A stretch of 54,022 bases of DNA from contig JBFMGR010000004.1 in NCBI GenBank assembly GCA_040753135.1, positions 1 to 54,022 of the forward strand, read 5' to 3'. This DNA is from Patescibacteria group bacterium. GTDB lineage: Bacteria > Patescibacteriota > Minisyncoccia > UBA6257 > Brennerbacteraceae. Positions within the stretch are counted from its first letter, which is position 1, and each line of letters starts with the position of its first letter. A model generated the notes under the pieces. It saw only the letters and a list, made by a program, of their open reading frames with translations, did no database searches and was not told the DNA's origin. Shown piece by piece: positions 18,419-25,764 of the stretch. A program made the position numbers and the translations under genes.

Positions 18419-19363
18419 CTAATTAATGTTATCAGACTTCAGTTGCCAGTACCAACTGATTAAAGCCGAGCTGTCGCCAAACCTGTCTTCTGACCCCAAA
18501 ACCACGCTGACTAAAGTTTTTTGATTATAATCAAAAACCACTAACAAGCTGCCCAGGGCTTCGGGAGTAAAACCGGTTTTGGAACCAACCAGCCCGGGGA
18601 TTTTACCTATCAAAACATTGGTGTTCTTTATTTCAAAGGTTTTCTTATTCGGACTGACAATGGTCAGTTCATTAATCTTTGAAATAGAAAAAATTTCCGG
18701 ATAGGAGCTTAAAATCTCTTTAGCTAAGATTCGCAAATCTGAAGCTGTCGAGATATTATTTTCTAAACCGGCAGAATCATAAAAAAGAGTGTTTTCCATT
18801 CCTAAAAACCGGGCCTTTTGGTTCATTCTTAAAACAAATGAAGATTCATCTCCGGCAACTGTCTTAGCCAAAACAAAAGCGGCCACATTATCTGAACGAA
18901 TCAGCATTAAATGCAAAAGTTCGTCAAAACTGAAGTTATCTCCGGGCTTTAAATCTGTATAGGAGTTCTCTATTTTTAAATCATCATCCAAAATAAAAAA
19001 TCGGTCATCTCGCTGACCGGAAAAATTTTCCAAAACCACCAAGGCAGTCATCAGCTTAGTCAAAGAAGCAATCGGCAGTTTTTCTTCAGAATTTTTTTCA
19101 AAAACAGACTGGCTGGCATTTAAGTCAAAAAGTAAACCGGCTTTAGCTTTTAAATCCGGTCTAGCTAAAACCTCACCCGGGGCCGGAGAAAATTTAACCG
19201 GCAGATAAGTAGTTTTAGGATAATCTTCTAATTCTGAACTAACTGCCGGGCTAACCGCTTCTTGGCTGGAAAAATTTCTAAAACTAAAATATAAAATTCC
19301 TGCCAGAAAAAAGACAATTAAAAAACCAAGTCCCAAGAAATAATAAAAACTATTCTGCTTCAT
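18419..19363 (-). CDS. D-alanyl-D-alanine carboxypeptidase (S11 family)
   Basis: SxxK ASLTKLMTA, SxN RSDNVAA, KTG GSKTGFT. N-terminal TM anchor. Confidence 0.85.
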   Translation of the reverse strand: MKQNSFYYFLGLGFLIVFFLAGILYFSFRNFSSQEAVSPAVSSELEDYPKTTYLPVKFSPAPGEVLARPDLKAKAGLLFDLNASQSVFEKNSEEKLPIASLTKLMTALVVLENFSGQRDDRFFILDDDLKIENSYTDLKPGDNFSFDELLHLMLIRSDNVAAFVLAKTVAGDESSFVLRMNQKARFLGMENTLFYDSAGLENNISTASDLRILAKEILSSYPEIFSISKINELTIVSPNKKTFEIKNTNVLIGKIPGLVGSKTGFTPEALGSLLVVFDYNQKTLVSVVLGSEDRFGDSSALISWYWQLKSDNIN

Positions 19364-19931
19364 GCTTTTGATTTTCTTGCTCTCTAATTATCAGCTCGGT
19401 CATTTTTTGATTAAGTTTATCAAAATCAGGCAGGCGCTTGGGATTGCTAACGCCTAAAAACTTTAATAGCTCAAAACTCGGCCGGTATAAAAAAGCCAAT
19501 CGGTTTTTCGGGTTAATCTCTCGTTCAATCAAACCACGGATTAGAAGCATTCTTAAAATATAGGTTGAGTTAACCCCGCGGATAAAATCTATCTCGGCCC
19601 GAGAAATTGGACTGCGATACAAAATTATGGTCAGAACCTCTAAACTGGCCGGGGTCAACTCTTCTTGGAAATCCTGTCTTAACAGCTCTGCTAAAACCGG
19701 ATAATGCTCTGGTTTGGTTCCGAGCTGAATTTGATCTCCGTTTCTGATAAGATAAACCCCCCGATCTGGATTCTGGTTTAATTCTGTTTCTAATTGATCA
19801 AGCAATTGTTCAATCTGGTCCCCGGGGAGAAACAAAACTTGAGCAATTTTTTTGATTGCCAATGGTTCGCCATAAGCAAAAAGCATTGCTTCCAAAACCG
19901 CCCTGATTCCCTGCTCTTTTTCAACTTCCAT
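19350..19931 (-). CDS. scpB: Segregation and condensation protein B
   Basis: LEAMLFAYGEPL winged-helix ScpB signature. Overlaps scpA and dac. Confidence 0.85.
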   Translation of the reverse strand: MEVEKEQGIRAVLEAMLFAYGEPLAIKKIAQVLFLPGDQIEQLLDQLETELNQNPDRGVYLIRNGDQIQLGTKPEHYPVLAELLRQDFQEELTPASLEVLTIILYRSPISRAEIDFIRGVNSTYILRMLLIRGLIEREINPKNRLAFLYRPSFELLKFLGVSNPKRLPDFDKLNQKMTELIIREQENQKHEAE

Positions 19932-20634
19932 TATGATTAAGCTTGCTTATTTTAATTTCCTTAAACCGGGTTTTCTGCTCCAAAAAAACAATCTTCTGGC
20001 GAAAAAGAAAAAGCAAAGCCAAGAAATTAATAATTAAGTCAATTTTCTTTGGCTGCCCGGAAACTAAGCTATTAAAAGACAAAACTGCCTGATTTTCAAC
20101 TTTTTTAAGAATCTGCTGAATCTTTTCTTCAACCGAAATCGCTTTTTCCAGATAACCGGTTTGTTTGGGCAGAATAAATTTTTCCAGCGAATTAAGCAAA
20201 GAAATGAACGCGGCTTCTAATTCATTGAGGTTTAATTCTTGGGGCGGGGAAAAACCGGCTTGCCTGCCTTGCCAAAGCTGACGGCTAAGAATTAGGTTTT
20301 TTGCCTGAAACAATTGATTGATTTTTTTTGTCTGCTCTTTATAACGCTGGTATTCTTTTAAAGCCAGTTCAAGCTCTTTTGCTTCTTGCTCTTCTTCCTC
20401 AGTCAAGTCCAGAAACGGCAAAAGCACTTTTGATTTAATTAGAAGCAACCGGGAAGCGACGACTAAAAAATCTGCCAGCTGAAACAATGGCAGGTTTTCA
20501 GACTCAACCAGATTCAGATACTGGTCAGTCACCTGGGCTAAAGATACCTGGGTAATATCAAGCTGATTCTGCTCAATCAGCTCCAAAAGCAATGATAGCG
20601 GCCCTTCAAATTTATCCAGCTTGAGCTGAATCAT
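19921..20634 (-). CDS. scpA: Segregation and condensation protein A (kleisin)
   Basis: N-terminus FEGPLSLLLELIEQNQLDI, typical of ScpA. Confidence 0.85.
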   Translation of the reverse strand: MIQLKLDKFEGPLSLLLELIEQNQLDITQVSLAQVTDQYLNLVESENLPLFQLADFLVVASRLLLIKSKVLLPFLDLTEEEEQEAKELELALKEYQRYKEQTKKINQLFQAKNLILSRQLWQGRQAGFSPPQELNLNELEAAFISLLNSLEKFILPKQTGYLEKAISVEEKIQQILKKVENQAVLSFNSLVSGQPKKIDLIINFLALLFLFRQKIVFLEQKTRFKEIKISKLNHNGS

Positions 20635-23044
20635 ATTGAATCCTAATTAGACTAATCAAGCTCGACCAAGAAAAGTTCTGCCAAAGAGCTTTGAACATTT
20701 GATGGCCCTCGTGCTTATATTCAGCCAGGGAATCGCGCTGGCCATAGCTCCGCAAAGCCACAGTATCCCGAAGGTGCTCCATTGCTTCAAGCTGTTCCAT
20801 CCAGAGCAGATCCAAAGTCCTCAAAAAAATGTTCTTGATTAGTTCTCCGGGAAGGGTTTTGTTTTTTATCTGGTGAAAGATTAGCGATTGGATTTCAGTC
20901 AAAGAAGCGGCTTTTAACAATTCGGCCTCGGTTTCCTCTGGCAATTGAGCTAATTGATTAAAATTGCTTACCTGTTCTTTTAATTCTCCGGAATGATTAA
21001 AGAAAAACTCACAACCTTGCCGAACCAAATCTTTTAATTCTTGATCCAGCTGCTCCTGATCAGCCAAAAGAATTGTTTTTCTTTTCCGATAAAACGCTTC
21101 TCTTTGTTTGTTCAGAACATCGTCATACTCTAAAATATGCTTTCTGATATCAAAGTTAAAGCCCTCAATTTTTTGCTGGGCTGAATTAATCGCTTTGGAA
21201 ACAAACTCGTTTTCAATTGGCAGGTCATCAGGCAGATTAAGTTTCCGGATTAAACCCAAAATCCGATCAGAGCCAAACCGCCTCATCAGCTCGTCTTCTA
21301 AAGAAACAAAAAACTGGGACGAGCCCGAATCGCCTTGCCGGCCGGCCCGGCCGCGCAACTGGTCATCAATTCGCCTGGCTTCATGCCTCTCGGTGCCAAT
21401 CACATGCAAACCGCCAAGTTGTTTAACCTGCTCTGCGGCAACTGGATCCGGAGGGTTGCCGCCCAAAATAATATCTACTCCTCGGCCGGCCATATTAGTC
21501 GCCACGGTCACCGCATTTTTTTCTCCGGCCTGGGCAATAACCTCGGCTTCTTTTTCATGATTTTTCGCGTTCAAAAGCGAGTGCTGAATCCCCTCTCTTT
21601 TTAAAAGTTTGGAAAGATACTCATTTTTCTCAATTGAGATTGTTCCGACTAAAAGCGGCTGGCCTTGCTGATACCGCTTTTTTATTTCTTCAACTAAAGC
21701 TTTAAGCTTGGCTTTTTCAGAAACAAAAATCTTGTCCGGCAGATCTCTCCGAATCATTGGTTTATTGGTTGGAATCGGTAAAGACTGAAGCTGATAAACT
21801 TTAGCGAACTCTTCAGCTGAACTTAAAGCGGTGCCGGTCATGCCTGATAAAACTGGATAAAGCCGAAAATAATTTTGGATCGTCACTGTTGCCATAGTCC
21901 GATTTTCTTCTTGAACTCTCAAATTTTCTTTTGCTTCCAGGGCTTGGTGCAAGCCGCCAGAATAACGCCGGCCATGCATCAACCGACCGGTAAACTCATC
22001 AACAATAATTATCTCTCCATCCTTAGCAACATAGTCCCTGTCCCGCTGAAACAGAAAATTGGCTTGCAAGGCTTCTTCTAAATGGTGGATTAAAACCAAG
22101 TTGTTTTCTTCGTAAATATCCCGGCCCAAAAGATTTTTCAGTTTTTCTGCCCCGGCCTCGGTGAGAAAAACCTTTTTCTTTTTCTCTTCCACCTCAACAT
22201 CCTCGCTCGGCTTAAGCCGAGGAATAATTTTGGCAAATTCTTTATAAATCCTGGTCGCATCTTGATCCGGCGCCGAGATAATTAAAGGCGTTCTCGCTTC
22301 ATCAATCAGAATGCTGTCAACCTCGTCAATAATAGCAAAATAAAGCGGACGCTGGACCAAATCCTTTTCCTGGTAAGCTAAATTGTCCCTGAGATAATCA
22401 AAACCAAACTGGTGGTTGGTTCCATAAACAATATCCGCCTGATAAGCGGTTTTTCTCTCCACCGGTTTTAAAAACTCGTGAAAGACTTTAAACCCGCCCA
22501 GCTTATCCCGTTCTTTATCTCCCAGCCCCTGCTTCCAATCAGGATCGTATAAAAACGCTTGTTCATGAACCAAACAGCCAACTGACAATCCCAAGAAATA
22601 ATAAATCTGGCCCATCCAAACTGCATCGCGCTGAGCCAAATAATCATTTACGGTAACAATATGAACGCCCTTGCCGGTCAAGCCATGAAGATAAGCCGGC
22701 AAAGTTGCGGCCAAAGTTTTGCCTTCGCCGGTTTTCATCTCGGCAATTTTCCCCTGGCTCAAAACTATCCCGCCCAGGACCTGGACATCAAAATGCCGCT
22801 GGCCTAAAGTTCTTTTCGCCGCTTCTCTGACCAAAGTAAAAGCTTCGGGCAAAACCGCTCCCAAATCTTTTTCTTTCCCAGACTGAACCTGCCCCTTTAA
22901 AGTCAAGCTTTTCTGCTTGATCTCTTGATCAGAAAGAGAAGCTAAATCTTTTTCTTGCTGATTAACCAACTCAACCAAAGGCAATAATTTTTCAATTGCT
23001 TTTTGGTTAGCATCTTTAAAAAATTTTCTAAAAAATTTAAACAC
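20612..23044 (-). CDS. secA: Preprotein translocase ATPase SecA
   Basis: MKTGEGKTL, DEVDSILIDEARTPLIIS, TNMAGRGVDI. Confidence 0.95.
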   Translation of the reverse strand: MFKFFRKFFKDANQKAIEKLLPLVELVNQQEKDLASLSDQEIKQKSLTLKGQVQSGKEKDLGAVLPEAFTLVREAAKRTLGQRHFDVQVLGGIVLSQGKIAEMKTGEGKTLAATLPAYLHGLTGKGVHIVTVNDYLAQRDAVWMGQIYYFLGLSVGCLVHEQAFLYDPDWKQGLGDKERDKLGGFKVFHEFLKPVERKTAYQADIVYGTNHQFGFDYLRDNLAYQEKDLVQRPLYFAIIDEVDSILIDEARTPLIISAPDQDATRIYKEFAKIIPRLKPSEDVEVEEKKKKVFLTEAGAEKLKNLLGRDIYEENNLVLIHHLEEALQANFLFQRDRDYVAKDGEIIIVDEFTGRLMHGRRYSGGLHQALEAKENLRVQEENRTMATVTIQNYFRLYPVLSGMTGTALSSAEEFAKVYQLQSLPIPTNKPMIRRDLPDKIFVSEKAKLKALVEEIKKRYQQGQPLLVGTISIEKNEYLSKLLKREGIQHSLLNAKNHEKEAEVIAQAGEKNAVTVATNMAGRGVDIILGGNPPDPVAAEQVKQLGGLHVIGTERHEARRIDDQLRGRAGRQGDSGSSQFFVSLEDELMRRFGSDRILGLIRKLNLPDDLPIENEFVSKAINSAQQKIEGFNFDIRKHILEYDDVLNKQREAFYRKRKTILLADQEQLDQELKDLVRQGCEFFFNHSGELKEQVSNFNQLAQLPEETEAELLKAASLTEIQSLIFHQIKNKTLPGELIKNIFLRTLDLLWMEQLEAMEHLRDTVALRSYGQRDSLAEYKHEGHQMFKALWQNFSWSSLISLIRIQYDSAQAG

Positions 23045-23407
23045 TTAGCCTTTGTCAGAAACAATTTTTTTCTTTGCTTGCCTCGCCCCTTTTCTAACCT
23101 TAGTTAATGATTTGTTTTTTTCAGTTTTGACCTGGCGAGCTATTTCTTCTTCGACAATATCAATCAAGGCGTAGATATCGCCGCCTTTCTCTTGGGTCCG
23201 AATAATTTTCTTCGGCAGATGCAGGTTCAGAACCAGCTCTAAAATCTTGCCTTCTCGCTGATGGGAAATTCTGGCAATGGAAACCTCAAACAAAAACTCG
23301 CCATCAAACCGAGAAAGAAGCTTTTCTGTTTTGCCAAGCTTCTTTTCTAAGTAATTTTCAATCGCCGGAGTCAGTTGAAAATCATTAGTAGAAAGCTGAA
23401 GTTTCAT
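23045..23407 (-). CDS. hpf: Ribosome hibernation promoting factor / RaiA (S30AE family)
   Basis: 120 aa, beta-alpha-beta-beta-beta-alpha pattern (FQLTPAIENYLEKKL..). The stop abuts the secA start. Confidence 0.8.
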   Translation of the reverse strand: MKLQLSTNDFQLTPAIENYLEKKLGKTEKLLSRFDGEFLFEVSIARISHQREGKILELVLNLHLPKKIIRTQEKGGDIYALIDIVEEEIARQVKTEKNKSLTKVRKGARQAKKKIVSDKG

Positions 23408-23445
23408 AATTAATCAAGTTTAACTCAAAATCTTTGTTTTGACAA

Positions 23446-23485
23446 ACAAAAACCCCGCTTTGGCTTAAATTAAAAGCGGGGCTTT
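23446..23485 (-). terminator. Intrinsic terminator after the small basic ORF
   Basis: The minus strand reads CCCCGCTT-ttaatttaagcca-AAGCGGGG followed by TTTTTG. Confidence 0.65.
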
Positions 23486-23502
23486 GTTTTCCTATCCCTG
23501 AA

Positions 23503-23598
23503 TTATTTTCTTTTTTTAGCTGCGGCCTTTCTCTTTGGCGCCGCTTTTCTTTTGGGCGCTGCCTTTTTAGCCGCGGCTTTTCTTTTTTTTACTGCCAT
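23503..23598 (-). CDS. 31-aa Lys/Ala-rich basic peptide MAVKKRKAAAKKAAPKRKAAPKRKAAAKKRK
   Basis: ATG to TAA ORF with its own terminator. No clear SD. Composition resembles histone H1 / AlgP tails. Confidence 0.4.
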   Translation of the reverse strand: MAVKKRKAAAKKAAPKRKAAPKRKAAAKKRK

Positions 23599-23725
23599 GG
23601 TTTTTAAAAAAATTTAATTGGCAAGCGTCGACCTTGAAAAAATTCAACACTTGCCAAAAGAACTTACAAAAAAATTAAAACAATCTTTTAATTTAATTTT
23701 AAGTAAATAAAATTTGTTTGGCAAT

Positions 23726-23734
23726 TGTGGATAA
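23726..23734 (-). promoter_or_regulatory. Single perfect DnaA-box 9-mer (TGTGGATAA = TTATCCACA)
   Basis: Read directly. An isolated box in an AT-rich spacer next to the near-palindrome AATCAAGAATTTTT-TG-AAAAATTCTTGATT (23741..23770). Confidence 0.3.
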
Positions 23735-23825
23735 CTCAAAATCAAGAATTTTTTGAAAAATTCTTGATTTTAAATCTTCAATTATCAACTTTTAATTTTT
23801 AATCAAAACCCAATAAATAAAGTAC

Positions 23826-24761
23826 TTAAAAAACTTTATTACTAAAACCAATCAACTGCACTTCTGGCTCCAATTCAACTCCAAATTTTTGGAAGACTTT
23901 TTTTCTTGCTAATTTTGCCAATTTAATCACGTCTTCGGCCTTAGCATCTTTAAAATTAATCAAATAATTGCCTTGATGATCAGCGATCTTTGCTCCGCCA
24001 AAGATTTTACCCAGCAAACCAACTTGCTCAATCAAAAAACCGGCTGCCACCTCCTGGCCGGAAAAGGCGCATTTAGGCAAGTTTTTTAAGGCTTTTTTGG
24101 CAAATTTGCCCTGGGAAACGTTTTTGAAAAAACTGCCCGCGCTTTTAAATTTATTTGGATAACGAATCTGGCGATAAGCCAAAATTGCCTGTCGGATATT
24201 CTCCAAAACCTTTCTGTTGCCCGGTTCCAATTCAAATAAACCTTGCCAGATAGCAAATTTAGTTCTCTTGAAAAAGCTGTCCCGATAGCTGAACTGACAA
24301 TTAAGTTTAGAAAATTTTTTAAAATCTCTGCCATTAAAAACCTCTGCTTCAACTAAATAATCAGAGATTGATTTCCCATAAGCGCCGGCATTGCCGTAAA
24401 TAGCGCCGCCAACTGTTCCGGGAATACCGGACAAATATTCCAAACCGCGGAGATTGTTTTCAACGCTTTTCTTAACTAGACTGTCTAAACCAAAACCAGC
24501 GCCAACTTTAATTTTGTTTTTAGAAATTTCAAAGTCTTGATTGGTAATCAGGATTACCGCAGCATTGATTGTTTTCTTATCATTAATCAATAAGTTGCTG
24601 CCTCCGCCTAAAATTAAAATTGGCAAACTCTCTTTTAAAGCCAACTCGCAGCCGGTGACTAAATTCTGTTTGGTTTTTGCCTGAATAAAAAATCTGGCTT
24701 TGCCGCCAATCTTAAAACTGGTATAAGGCTTTAGGGAAATATTTTTTTGAACCTTAAACAT
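23826..24761 (-). CDS. murB: UDP-N-acetylenolpyruvoylglucosamine reductase
   Basis: FAD-binding domain (ILGGGSNLL) plus MurB C-terminal domain, 311 aa. Confidence 0.9.
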   Translation of the reverse strand: MFKVQKNISLKPYTSFKIGGKARFFIQAKTKQNLVTGCELALKESLPILILGGGSNLLINDKKTINAAVILITNQDFEISKNKIKVGAGFGLDSLVKKSVENNLRGLEYLSGIPGTVGGAIYGNAGAYGKSISDYLVEAEVFNGRDFKKFSKLNCQFSYRDSFFKRTKFAIWQGLFELEPGNRKVLENIRQAILAYRQIRYPNKFKSAGSFFKNVSQGKFAKKALKNLPKCAFSGQEVAAGFLIEQVGLLGKIFGGAKIADHQGNYLINFKDAKAEDVIKLAKLARKKVFQKFGVELEPEVQLIGFSNKVF

Positions 24762-24774
24762 TAATCAGATTATC

Positions 24775-24809
24775 TTGGCAAAAAAACTCTTAATGCTATA
24801 ATTATAGCA
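24775..24809. promoter_or_regulatory. Divergent promoter core: TTGGCA-16-TATAAT (+) embedded in the 16-bp palindrome TGCTATAATTATAGCA, which gives an extended -10 on both strands
   Basis: Palindrome at 24794..24809 read directly. The plus side faces ORF 24925 and the minus side faces murB. Confidence 0.45.
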
Positions 24810-24810
24810 G

Positions 24811-24896
24811 TTTTCTCCGGCCTGGCCCCGGCTAAGCAGCACTCGCTTATTTATTTTGACAGGAGTAAACTCTTAGCCGGGACCAGGATAGAGAAA
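24811..24896 (+). other. Long 5'-leader hairpin (16-bp stem with 1 mismatch plus an outer 6-7 bp)
   Basis: CCTGGCCCCGGCTAAG (24821..24836) pairs with CTTAGCCGGGACCAGG (24872..24887). Outer pairing is TTTCTC/GAGAAA. Confidence 0.5.
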
Positions 24897-24924
24897 CAAA
24901 GCATAATTAATCCCGATCAATTCA

Positions 24925-25218
24925 ATGAAATTTAACTTCTATAAAAAGCCGGTGAGAGAATCATTTGACACCGAGAAAGCGATTAGAAAATCAGAATCTA
25001 GTCCGGAAACAATTGCTTATTTGCAAGCCGAGATTCAACGAATAAGACAAGAACTTCAAGCGCTTCAGGCAAGACTAGGTGTTTTAAGGCAAAATTCAGA
25101 ATCAGGAAAGGCCGAGGCACAACTGGGAACCGGCAGAGCAATCCATTCTTTAGAATCACAGATTCAAACAAAACAGCAAGAGCTGCGGGGTGCCCAAAAT
25201 CACTTAGCCAAAGCATAG
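24925..25218 (+). CDS. Hypothetical 97-aa coiled-coil protein
   Basis: Heptad-rich sequence (LQAEIQRIRQELQALQARLGVL..). No recognisable domain. Confidence 0.5.
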   Translation: MKFNFYKKPVRESFDTEKAIRKSESSPETIAYLQAEIQRIRQELQALQARLGVLRQNSESGKAEAQLGTGRAIHSLESQIQTKQQELRGAQNHLAKA

Positions 25219-25381
25219 GGGCAAGCTCTAGACTAGATTTTTGGCAACTTTTTGCGGCGAAGCTAAAACCTAATAAAATAATCCAGAGCTGGTCTAACTC
25301 TTTTATTAAGCATCATCAATGCTTGTAAGCAATTAACAAAAAGTGTTGAGCCACCGCCAAAATTCAGTGCGGGGTTGGCTT

Positions 25382-25479
25382 CGTTAGAGAACGCTGCGCC
25401 AAAGGCGCGACTTCAGTTGTTTACCCCGTTAGAGATTTCATCTCTAACGGGATTTACAGCGACTTTTCTCTAACGGGGT
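25382..25479. repeat. Cluster of four CGTTAGAGA / TCTCTAACG half-sites (two direct, two inverted)
   Basis: A 25382..25390, B 25423..25436, C 25440..25451, D 25467..25479. B:C is a perfect 12-bp hairpin with loop TTC. B:D is a perfect 13-bp complement. D abuts the -35 of the next promoter. Confidence 0.65.
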
Positions 25480-25507
25480 TGATTTCTCCGTAAGTCTGTG
25501 CTATAAT
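25479..25507 (+). promoter_or_regulatory. Promoter TTGATT-17-TATAAT with extended -10 TGCTATAAT
   Basis: Hexamers and spacing read directly. Confidence 0.55.
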
Positions 25508-25513
25508 AGCAAC

Positions 25514-25605
25514 ATAAGCGAGTGTGTCTAATTCGCGATTTTTCACGAAGCAGACAGCTCCTGTCATTGAATCACGCCTTTATTTATAGAGGCGTGATTT
25601 AATTT
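25514..25605 (+). ncRNA. Candidate ~90-nt sRNA or attenuated leader (promoter to terminator-like hairpin)
   Basis: Hairpins GCGA..TCGC and GACAG-CTC-CTGTC, plus a 10-bp stem AATCACGCCT/AGGCGTGATT followed by TTAATTT. No ORF. About 160 nt upstream of the next CDS. Confidence 0.35.
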
Positions 25606-25764
25606 ATGGTATATTTATCAATATGCCCGGCAGTAGAAATTTGACAGCGCCTGACGCCATCTATTTACTGGGGAACAAGAAATACAGGAAAATCGAGTTT
25701 AAAAATAATTAAATTCAAAAAAACCAAAGATAGTTAAAAATTAGTCAAATTTTCACTACCGGGT

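Noticed and set aside
23600-23825. Chromosomal replication origin (oriC).
   Set aside because: There is only one perfect DnaA box plus one 2-mismatch box, and dnaA/dnaN are not in the window. I kept it only as a low-interest regulatory note.
24811-24896. The long hairpin as SRP (4.5S) RNA, or as a CIRCE/HrcA operator (AGCACTC .. GAGTAAACT).
   Set aside because: The SRP domain IV order (CAGG-stem-GNRA-stem-AGCA) is reversed or absent on both strands. The CIRCE halves match only 7/9 and 5/9, with 18-nt rather than 9-nt spacing.
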